From positions 78,866,001-78,930,000 of the forward strand of contig NW_024704743.1 in NCBI RefSeq assembly GCF_018977255.1: a DNA stretch of 64,000 bases, written 5' to 3'. A program made the translations under genes and the position numbers. The stretch comes from Callorhinchus milii. Lineage: Eukaryota. Positions within the stretch are counted from its first letter, which is position 1. Each line of letters starts with the position of its first letter. Below the pieces are notes generated by a model. The model was not told the DNA's origin. It saw only the letters and a list, made by a program, of their open reading frames with translations, and ran no database searches. Positions 42,301 through 54,300 of this stretch are shown here, one piece after another.

Positions 42301-45300
42301 CGGACAGGTTGATACGGGGTCAGCAGGTTGGAAGAGGTAGGAAGGGGCAAGGCCATGTAGGGCCTTGAAGGTGAGGACAAGGATTTTGAACTGTATCCTC
42401 TAGGGGATGGGGAACCAGTGGAGCCAGGCGAGGGTGGGGGTGATGGGGTCACGGAGCCTGGTGCGGGAGAGGACCTGAGCTGCAGAGTTCTGCATGAGCT
42501 GCAGCTTGTGGACGGAAGAGTTGGGCAGGTGAACAAGCAGGGAGTTGGTGTAGTCGAGTCTAGATGTGGTGAATGCCTGGATGAAGGTTTCGGCAGCGTA
42601 AGGGGTGAGGTAGTGGCGGAGCCGGGCAATGTTGCGCAGGTGATAATAAGGAACTGCAAAGTGAGAGAGGTGAGAGACATGACTCAATCAAAGTTAGTTT
42701 TACAAATATAAACCTTAAACTAGAGTGCCATCAACTGAGCCAGCCAAGGGTCACCATTTGTACAGCCAAGGGTCACTCCTTTGTACAGTATATTTCTAGG
42801 AAGACAACATAATTTTAGCCAGTTATGTTCTATATCTGCTATAAAACATCCCAGACATTTGGGGCGGTATAAATATTTAAATGTTTCATAGTACAGTTGC
42901 AGTTTTATTATACAGCTACAAATCTTAAGCTGATCAGCGCTTTACCATTCTGAGAACATACACTACGACCGAGAACCACATTTTAATTGTGGTGAGGAAA
43001 ATGTAACAAAAATTGCGTTTCTTTTTGCCCCACACAGAAACACATGGCTTGGAAAAACAAGTAGGGGATTTTATTGCAGTTTAAGCAGCATTTTATATAT
43101 ACATTTTCGGTCCAAACTCAACTTCTTGTTAGTTTCAGCCCGTAAAAGCAGTGTCTTAAAATTCTGCATAATTGTGGAAAATTCATAAATTGTTTTAATT
43201 TGGAAGCTGTTTTTCTGCAGTTCTTAACAAGAATGTCTTCCAAATTAAGACTGTAATGAAGTATTTTCCACAATTCTGTATGATCTTAAATTTTAAGACA
43301 AAATGGTCTTACTGATATCCCCTACACCCAGGCTACATGGCTCCCTGTATGCATGAGAAACCACCACCTCCTACTATCCCATTAAAACAAATTGGAGCAT
43401 ATGATCCAGGGTATTTATTAGCCTTCTTACCTTTCTCAGCTTCAGTAAAATATTGTAGAGCCTGAAACAAAAATGAAAGACAGTTGCATCAATTTTAATA
43501 TAAAGTTTACATATAAACTCACTATTCTTAGAAATAGTGCGGTCTGGATGGCTTGCATCCCAGGGTTTTAAAAGAGGTAGCTTATGAGATAGTGGAAGCC
43601 TTATGTCTGATCTTCCAAAATTCCTTGGATTCTGGAACAGTCCCCATGGATTGGAAGATTGCAAATGTCACACCACTATTTAAAAAAGGTGGAAAGGAAA
43701 AGATGGGGAACTATAGGCCAGTTAGTCTCACATCAGTGATAGGAAAAATTTTAGAATCGTTGATTAAGGATGTGGTAGTGCGGTATTTAGAGGAGCACAA
43801 TATAATTAGGCCAAGTCAACATGGCTTTACAAAAGGGAAGTCATGTTTGACAAATCTCATAGAGTTTTTTGAGGACATTTCCAGTAAACTGGATAAGGGT
43901 GAATCAGTGATTGTGGTCTATTTGGACTTCCAGAAGGCAATCGATAAGGTGCCACATAAAAGGTTAGTCCAAAAGATAAGGGCCCATGGAATTGGGGGGA
44001 GCATATCAACGTGGATTGGGGAATGGTTAACGGGTAGGAAACAAAGAGTAGGGATAAACGGGTCCTTTTCAGATTGGCGGGATGTGACTAGTGGAGTGCC
44101 ACAAGGATCAGTCCTTGGGCCTCAGCTATTTACCATCTACATCAACGATCTAGATGAGGACATCAAAGTTAATATATCTAAATTCGCGGATGACACAAAA
44201 CTAGGAGGAAGTGTCAACACAGAGGTCGACATTAAAAAATGCAGCGAGACATAGATAGGTTAGGTGATTGGGCAGGTAGGTGGCAGATGAAGTATAATGT
44301 AGGGAAGTGCGAAGTCATCCACCTAGGTAGCAAAAACAGTAGAGCGGGTTATTTTTAGAAGGGGAGAGATTGGAATGTGTTAGCGTCCAGAGGGACTTGG
44401 GTGTCCTTGTACACCAATCACAGAAAGTTAGTCTGCAGGTGCAGAAGCAATTAGGAAGGCAAACGGTATGTTAGCATTCATTATGAAAGGATTAGAGTAT
44501 AAGAGTAGGGAAGTCTTGCTGCAACTGTATAGGGCCCCGGTGAGACCACACCTGGAATACTGTGTCAAGTTTTGGTCTCCTCATTTAAGGAAGGATGTAG
44601 TTGCCTTGGAGGGGGTGCAGCGTAGATTTACTAGGTTAGTACCAGGGATGAAGGGGTTGAGTTACTAGGATAGGTTGACCAATTTGGGCCTATATTCTCT
44701 AGATTATAGAAGAATTAAAGGGGATCTTATAGAAACCTATAAGATCATCAAAGGGCATGGTAGAGTAGATAGTGGGAGATTGTTTCCTCTGGTTGGAGAA
44801 ACTAAAACCAGGGGTCACTACCTTAAAATCAGAGGCCAACCCTTTCACACTGAGTTGAGGAAGAACTTCTTCACTCAAAGGGTGGTGAATGTATGGAACT
44901 CGCTACCCCAAAGGGCTGTTGACGCTCAGTCCTTCAACATATTCAAGACTGAGATAGATATATTTCTTATTGTAAAAGGGATTAAGGGATATGGGGATAA
45001 AGCAGGTTTATAGTATTAGCTGGAGTTAGATAAGAAGATCAGCCATGATTGAATGGCGGGGCAGGCTCGAAGGGCCGAATGGCGTCCTCCTACATGTTAT
45101 GTTAAATTATCTGAGGATTTACACACCTCCTAGTGGTGAGTCAGCTGTCTCTGCGACAGTTCATTGCATGACCCAGGGATACAAGGGCATAACGAGAAAA
45201 TAGGATTTCTAGCCTTACTAGAAAAACTGTAACAGGCTATTGCAAACATTTGTTTCAATCCCATAGAGATTTTTTTTCCCCCCAAAATGGGATTGAAGTG

Positions 45301-48300
45301 TTGCGTTTCCATTACCTCGTCAAAGGTAGAGCTTGGTGGTATGGAAAAAAACATGGCCGCTATCTTCTTCTGGACCCAGGGTAGTTCTGCAAAAGTGTAG
45401 CACCTAGAAAATAAATACATTTCAAATCTCTTATTAAATGATTTACCTTGTCCTTACTCAAACATGTTTAAGAATTGGAACTTATTGCCAACTGCTCATG
45501 GTTACCGGCTCAAACGCAGTATTTTGCTAAATTATACCAGTAATGTGGTCCTCAAAGATTAGCTGTGACCAGTGAAGATTGATACATGACAATTTTATCT
45601 TCATTCAAAGCATATCTCAATCGCCAAAAATTCAGAATGCACAGCTCAGATTGCTTCACAATACTGGAGCTGTTCAATTTGTTTTTCAGAACGCTTGCTT
45701 ACCAGGAATCAGTAAAGCTGTATGCCAGCTTGCAAGATAGTGCACCAAAGGCGAATTCCTGCTTCAGCAGGAAGTTTGAAGACAAAGTGTTTGACTTAGT
45801 TACTCTTCTTTCATATAGTGGTACAGCAACAATGTGGACTTTATTCAGGGAAAAGACAAGATTGCAATCCCAGCCCACCAAGTTTTGCTTAAAAACTATG
45901 TCTACCAGAAGTAGAATCATAAAATATTACAGCACAGGAGGAGGACATTCGGCCCATCGTGCCTGTGTCAGCTGTTTTTGGAAGAGCTATCCAATCAGTC
46001 CCACTCCCCTGCCCTTTCCCCATATCCTTGCAATTTTTTCCTTTTCAAGTACCTATCCAATTCCCTTTTGAAAGTTGTTATTGAGTCTGTTTCCACCATC
46101 CCCTCCAGGCAGTGCATTCCAGACCGTAACAATTCTCTGTGTAAAAAAAAATTCTCCTCATCTCCCCTCTGGTTCTTTTGCAAATTATCTTAAATCTATG
46201 TACCCTGATTACTGACCCACCTGGGAGTGGAAACAGTTTCTCCCTATCTCCTCTATCAAAACTCCTCATAAATTTGAACACGTCTATTAAACCTCCCCTT
46301 AACTTTCTCTGCTCTAAGGAGAATAATCCCAGCCTCTCTATTCTCTCCACATAACGAAAGTCCCTCATCCCTGGTACTATTCTGGTAAATCTCCTCTGCA
46401 CCTTGATATCCATCCTAAACTGTGGTGCCCAGAATTGGACACAATATTTCAGCTGAGGTCTAAACTAGTGACGTGTAAAGGCTTAGCAGAACTTCCTCGC
46501 TTTTGTACTCTATGCCTATTTATAAAGCCAAGGATCCCATGTGCTTTTTTAACAGCTCTATCAACCTGTACTGCCCACCTTCAAAGACCTGTGTATGTGA
46601 ACCCCCTTTAAAACTGTACCATTTATTGTAAATCGCCTCTCATCATTCTTCCTTCCAAAATTAGCAATTTTGCTAACAGTCTATTATATATCACCTGATC
46701 AAACACCTTCTGAAAGTCCATATACACTACATCAACTGCACAATCTTCATCAATCCTCTTTGTTATTTGATCAAAACTCAATTATGTTTGTCAGACATGA
46801 TTTGTCTTTAACAAATCTGTGTTAACTATTATTAATTAACTTGTGTTTTTCCAAGTGAAAATTAATTTTGTCCCAGATTTATGGTCTCTAGAAGTTTTCC
46901 CACCACTGATGTTAAGCTGACTTGCCTGTAGTTACCAGGTTTATCCCTCCCGCATTTTTTGAACAAGGATGTAACATTTGCAACCCTACAGTCCTCAGGC
47001 ACTACACTCATATCCAAGGAAGATTGAAAGATTGTGGCCAGAGTGTCTGCTATTTCCACCTTAACTTCCCTCAGCAACCTAGGATGCATCCCATCTGGAC
47101 CGGGTGACTTTTCTGCTTTGAGCTCTGCCAATATTTTAAGTACTTCCTCTCTATCTATTTTTATCCTATCCAATTTCTCTAGCCCCTCCTCCTTTTCTGT
47201 GCCATTAGCAGCATCCTCTTTTGTGAAGAAAGGCGCAAAGTATTCATTCTGTACCTCAGCCGTGCCCTCTGCCTCCATAAGAAGTTTGCCTTTTTGGTCC
47301 CTAATCAGCCCCACCCTACCATTGACCATCCTTTTACAATGTATATGTTTATAGAAGACTTTAGTGTTCCCTTTTATATTACCCATTAATCTTTTCGCAT
47401 ATGCTCTCTTCGCCCCTCGTATTTCCCTTTTCAGTTCTCCTCTACACTTTCTGTATTCTGCTTGATTCTCTAGTGTATTTTGAATCTGACATTTATCATA
47501 TGCCTCCTTTTCCTGTTTCATTTAATCCCAATTTTCTTAGTCATCCAGGGAGCTCTAGCTTTGGATGCCCTACCTTTCTCCCTCATGGGATAAGTATAAG
47601 AACTAAGTTACTGCAAGTTTCTCCTTCAGATCCATCAAAGTGCTGAGCATGTAATTCAACATTTTATACTGTCAATGTCTTGGTTTGCTTAACTATTTGT
47701 TAGACTAATCAAAATAACTACAGGAAAATCAACACAAACTTGATAAAGTTACTAGTTTCCACAAAATGAATTCAGTGCCCACACAAGTGTTAGAATTATT
47801 TGCCTATAGCAGGCATTCTAGAGCAGTCCTCTGCTTTCCTAAAGATTGAAGCAAAATATCTGCTAAGTATATTGTTCTCATTAACCCAAGTACATCCTGC
47901 TATTTTTATTCACCAGTAAAGCCTAAGACTTGGATAAAGTAATGATTTGCGTCAGAGGCTCCCAAACCCCTTATGTAGGAGCATCTTTCAAGGCCACAAG
48001 AATGTAACATAAAAATGTCTTGAAATTCAGCAAACATGTTAGATTTGCTTATGTGGATCAGACTGAGGAACACATCTACTAAAAGGTGAAATGTAAGATA
48101 CATTCAACTACAGAACAGCAATTTGCACTTGTATATCGCTTTACACGTTGGGAGAATGTCTCAAGAGTTTCGCAAAGACTGAGGAGTCCAAGCTGGGAGC
48201 AAGCTGGGAGTAGACAAAACCGCAGATAAGGAGAAAGCAGAGAGGGTGGGCATGAGGGGATGTACTTCGGAAAAGCTTTCCAAAGGAAGAAGACAAAATA

Positions 48301-51300
48301 TCTCAAGACTCACCCACCGATGGTGGAGCAGAGCAGGCAGGGACATGAAGAAGGCTGGAAACAAAATACTGAAGCAAAATTGCACAAGAAGCTATGCTGA
48401 ATACAAGCACTATGAAATAAGTATGATATAAAATTATTTACCATAATCCCATTAAGTGAATTGATGTTGCATCAGTTGGATTAATCTCTATGGCCTTCTA
48501 AAAAGAAATGTTTTGTAAAATGAGTTCTTCATTGATTCATTCATTGATTCATTCATTCATTCATCAAGTAAATCAATTGCTGTATAATTCTACATTAAAA
48601 ACTCACCAAAATGTTGTACTATAAACTCTGAGTACGAGTCTCGAGAGCTATGTATACAAGATTGTGTTTAGATGAAGAAGGCCTCTAAGGTCATTTTATC
48701 TCTTCTTTCCAGAATACCCACCCCACACTCCTCCCATCAAAACATCCAAACTGGATTTTAAATGAGTACAGTTTCCCAACCTCAACCACCCTTCTTGGCA
48801 ACTTGTTAGTAGTGAATTAGCTTTTTGGGTAAAGAAAAACTTCCTGGTGTCTATCTGAAATAGTGCTTTACAGTTCTAAACTCATGTGCATGCATTTGTC
48901 ACCTCCGCTTGGATTACACCAACCCACTTCTCGCCAGTCTCCCCAGCTCCACCATTCACAAGATCCAGCTCATTCAAATCTCTGCTGCCCACATAATGAC
49001 CCGGACCAAACACTGTTCCCCCATCTCACCAGTTCTGACCAGGCTCCACTGGCTCCCCACCACTGAATGGATCGACTTCAAGATCCTCACACTTGTGTTC
49101 AAATCCATTCACTCCCTGGCACCTCGCTACCTCTCCGACCTCCTCACTCCCCAATCCACCACCCGGTGCCTCTGCTCGACTGGCACCGGCCTCCTGCTTG
49201 TCCCTGGCACCCTCTGCCCCACCATTGGAGGTTGTGGTTTCAGCCACTATGCCCCAAAACTCTGGAACACTCTCCCTCAATCCCTCCACCTTGCCCCTTC
49301 TCTCCCCTCTTTCAAGTCCCGCCTGAAAACTTTCCTGTTCGACTGTGCTTATGGCCACCTCCCCCCGGCTCGGAGTCAGGCGCCACCACTGTTAAGCACT
49401 TTGAGACGCTACCCTGCATGGAGGACACTACATAAGCACAAGTGGTTGTTGTATGTCCTCTTGTTCTAATGTCATAAATACAATTTGTTCAGGTTGCATT
49501 ATTCCAACCCAGGAGAGCAGTCAACCTGTTGAATTAGGTTTGGGCAGAACATAGTGAGACACATCAAATTTTAATTGCCAGAATACACAGTAAGACCTCA
49601 TCATGAATAAATCAAGGAATCTGTTTGGAATCATATCCAAGATACAAATATTAATAAAGGAAAGGTGTCAGACTGGTTCAGCTGGTAGTCTCTGGATTCA
49701 AGCCCCTCATATTGGAATTTGAACTCACATATGCTGACACTCCAACCTGGTGCAGCGAGGGGAAAACTTGACAGCGATCCTGCTCTTGATTTCTTGTATA
49801 GCAATCTCTACTCCTCGCAATGCAAGTGTGGCAGCTGGTGAGGAGAGCACTCATTGCCAAGTCTCAGATGTGAACAAATACCACTTAGGCATGATAACCA
49901 GAGGCCAACCAGGCCCATTAAACCACACCCAGCAATGAGGAGAAGGGACCAGGAGCAAAGGGGTATCCAATGCAAAGAAAATTAGAAAATAATTGGACAC
50001 ATTTAATTTCATTTTTCTGCAATGAGAATTTATCCCCAAATTATTTGACATTATTCACGGGACGTCCTCCTGGCATGAAAGGGAATATACAAATGTAATT
50101 TTGTTTATTTAAACGCTATACAATAGGAGTTACTAACAGTCACACCTAGTGGCCAATTATCAGGATTGCACTAATCTAGTTACAACCCTGATTATTGGCC
50201 ACTAGAGTCTAGAGTTCTTTTGCGTAGTGGTTAGAGCCCTCGCCTCGCAAGCGAGAGGAAAGTTTCCTTGGATAGACACCAATTTCATTTTTTTGTATTG
50301 GGTGTGTTTTATCGGAGGGTTTCAATTACAACCAAATATCAGAAACCCTAAATACATTTTATATTGTATATTTGCTAACATTAATGGACAATTCTTGTTG
50401 ATTACCAGATAATTGTAATGTACAAGTAGCCTCATTTACATCTACCAGGTCAGTTAGAAATACTGAGAGCTTATAACTTTCACTGTAAGTAAATGATACA
50501 CTTAAACCTCTTTCTAGGAAGATCAATTGCAAACTTCAGTGATTCAGATTCATTATAGTTTGTAGTTAATTTCCCATTGTTTGTCGGCATTTTAGAAGGT
50601 ACTGACTTTAAGATTGAAAAAGTGCCAAATGTCAGTGTAAAAGATACCACAGAACATAAAATGCATCTCCCGCAGGGATCCCTGAGTATGCCATTCCAAT
50701 GCATGAGATCATGGCTCTGAGATAAGACTTTGTGTTGGAGTCCTGTAGCTCAGTGGTTAGAGCACTCGCCTTGCAAATGAAAGACCTGGGTTCAATTCCA
50801 GGCAGGGCAAAACCTTGGGCAAGTTTCCTTACTCTACACGCCTAATAATAATCCCTCCAAAATAAAAAACAATAAATTGGTCATTTTTAATCCATGACTG
50901 TTTGTGGGACATTGCTGTGCGCAATTGGCTGCCGCGTTTCGCCCACAAATATATGGTCAATTCACTTTACAGTATATTCTGTGAAGCGCTTTGAGACGTC
51001 GAGAAGACGTGAAAAGCGCTATATCAAATGCAAGGATTATTATTATTAGTCAGTGCAGTCCTAGGGTTGGTGTGATATACGTTGAGTTCCCTTTAGGAGA
51101 TGCACTTCAAATCCAGAGGCATTTCCCATTTACTCTGCTATTTGAGGGCTTCTTCAACCACTATAAAATTTGCTGTATCAACTGTTAAAAACAAATATGA
51201 GTTTAAAATATTCAACTCATACTCATTACTCCCCTCAGTGCATTACATAGGTATAAGATTATTTTGACTAAAAGTAATGGCACGTTGTAATATTTTGTAA

Positions 51301-54300
51301 CAGGAAAAGATTGTTTGTAGCGGTTGCTTACTTTACCTGGAAATGTTCTTTAATGACATATGAATTTGCAATTTTAGCCTTGATGCCCTCGTAGTCCCCA
51401 ACATCACTGATGCAGATAGCGTACCACTGTGGGAAGATAACACAAACATATTAATATCAGCGTCAAATACATCATGATATAATTAAACAGGACACGGAGA
51501 GCTGAGTGAGAAAAGCCATTCACCCAATGTAGCAGTAAACCTTAGAGGTGTAAATCCCAGTCTATCTGATCTAAACTGGAGCAGTAGATGTTGTGCTACA
51601 ATTGGTCTCATTAGCCCTGAATTAAAAGAGAGCCAAAGATGGCTCATGCTTCCAACCGCTATCCAGAGACCCTTGCTGGAAGGTGTGTGTATACGTTTGT
51701 CAGGTGAAGATCTCAGCAACTGACCTCAAATGAATAATGTCCACTTTGGCAAGGCATTAGAAGGAAAACAACGCTTGTGGAAAAATACCCTAATAAAATG
51801 GAAAAGGAGTCAAAAGACTTCAGGAAAGAGGAAAAAAGTACATGTAAATTGTCTGTATTACTGACCTTATGAGCTGCAAAACTAGATTCATTTTTCTCAA
51901 GTGCCTTTTTTGCATATGTCAGAGCCTCGTATGTCAGCTTCTTCTTATTCTCTGTCGAGGTGGTCTTGAGCTGAGCCAAGTCACGCGATGCACGAGCTAA
52001 GCGCCACAGAATCTCACCGTTTTCACTGGATTGAAAGCATAGGGACCAAGTGAAACTACAAGTCAAATCGCATTTTTTTTTGCATTCAGAGTAATTACTC
52101 TTCTCCAACACCTTTCAGGCTCACACGCACATTAACATCATCATCATTTTTAGATGAAGTAGGTGGACAGAAAATTGGGCCTTTATCAGATGCATGAGAG
52201 CAGTTTGGCTTGACCTCTCCTGAGGAAGCACCTTGTGTCTGCACAGCACCTACTGCTAACCTTCAATGGTATGAATAGAATCAGGAACTTGCAGTCAAAA
52301 ACTTACATCCTATCTTTCCACGGCATAATACATTGATCTATTGCACAACCTCAGAGTAGAATCCAACTTGGCAAGAATTCATTTTGCAGCTAAATATAAT
52401 GACTTTGACATAATAATAATCCTTGCAATTGATATAGGTACGTCTTCCGAGACGTCTCAAAGCGCCTCACAGAATATACTGTAAAGTGAATCCACTGTAT
52501 ATTTTGTGGGCAAATTATGTTTCTCATCAGTAATGTGAAGCACATTAAGAAATTCTCTCAAGGTGAATGGCATAATATAAATGCAAATTGTAATTGTGAT
52601 AATCCCTTTGGGTCCCACTGATCTCTTGCCAGAATGTCAATTATCCAGGTTTGAGATTCATGAGATTCACATCACAATTGTCTTCATTAACCTGATGAGT
52701 TGCACCTATGCCAATCACCACCTGCTAAATAAAGTGTCCTGGTTAGCAAACCCTACAATAAATTCGGCAATCACTTCATGGCTGTTTGTAGGACATTGCA
52801 ATATGCAAATTGTTCGCTAAATTCACCTACAAAGCCACAGTCACTAGTCACAGCAATTACCTATGAAGCACTTTGAGACATTTTAACGTTATTGCGGCTA
52901 TATCAAATGCAAGAATTATTATCATTACTAATCTAGGTGCTGTTATACCTGGAATTGCACTCGATAAGAAGCTGATAAAGTTTCTCCACTTCCCCAGTGC
53001 CATAAAGGTAGTCGGCTTGTTCTATAATGTCTTCAACTGGAAATACAACACAGGAGAAATACAACTTAAGATGAATAGTATTTTTTTCGGTAGTGCCGAT
53101 TGAAAACAAATTCCAAAGATTTTGGCAACACACAATGCGTCTAGTGTAATTGTGGTTCTTAATCGAGGATGTTATTATATTTCGTACATGTGCAGAAAGC
53201 CTTGTGAGTGCAAAGGGTAAATATTTATTGTGTATGCAATATAAACCAATTGCATTTTTTTTGCATTCAGAGTAATTACTCTTCCCCTATACCTCTTCAG
53301 GCTCACACGGCTCTGCAATAAATATTTCCTAACATCTTACATTTTCACTTACAGTATTGAAAGAAGATTTCTACAGACGGGCACTACCAGTAACAGCAGA
53401 GACAAGCAATCCTTTCACTAGGTCATAGTTGTTTCAGCGCTCAGAATTCTAACGCAAATCTCCAAGACTGGGGTCTCCGCTTACCTTTTTCAATTGCACG
53501 AACAACCAAGCATTTTGGGATGTTTCTATAAGCTCCATAACCCAGAAAGGTCACTAATGTCAGAGTAAATCCTCTTCCTAAATGAATAGAGCCATCGAGA
53601 ACCTACACAGAAAGAAGAAACAGTTATAGTTCCATGTAAGGGAGTCCCAAAGCAGGAAGAAAACTGCAATGATGTTTTAATGTTACATGGTACATGCCTG
53701 GTACACCTGTCACCTCCGCTCCCTAAAGGCGTGCTGCTGAAATCCAACTTAGCGATCCATCGTCAGATCTGACCAGACCTTTCAAAACTTACCAATCCGC
53801 TTCTCACCTCCATTAAATTGTCCTTTTACTCCAAGACAATCTTGGAGGCCAAGGACAACCCAGGCTCCTCCTCTCCATCACCGACCAGCTCCTCCGCCCA
53901 CCCTCTCACTCCTCGCCCATCCTCTCCTCCAATGCCAACTGCAAGGAGATGCTGGACTTCCTTGAAATCAAAGTTGAGGGGATCTGCTCAGCTGCTCTGC
54001 CCTTGTGACTACTGTCCCTCCCCATCTACCCTTCCCATCCCGGCCCCTACCCATCCTTCCCTCCACACCTTCAAATCTGTCTCCGAACAAGTCCAAAGTC
54101 TCCTGATTGGCTTTCATCAGCTTATCCTATGAAGCACTTTGAGACGTCTCGATGGTGTGATAAGGGGCATATCAAATGTAAGGATTATTACTGTATTTGC
54201 TACTGGAGTCCTGTGGCTCAGTGGTTAGAGCACTCGCTTTGCAAGTGAGAGACCTGAGTTCAATTCCAGGCAGAGGGCGAAACCTTGGGCAAGTTTCCTT

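Noticed and set aside
43553..45013. Reverse-transcriptase ORFs as an active element or domesticated gene (also 59574-60317)
   Set aside because: 5'-truncated, with frameshifts and stops; ordinary dead CR1/L2 copies
50736..50810. tRNA gene-like sequences (also 54205, 31883, 18160, 14336)
   Set aside because: They continue into SINE bodies and tails and lack a proper acceptor stem; these are SINE heads, not tRNA genes
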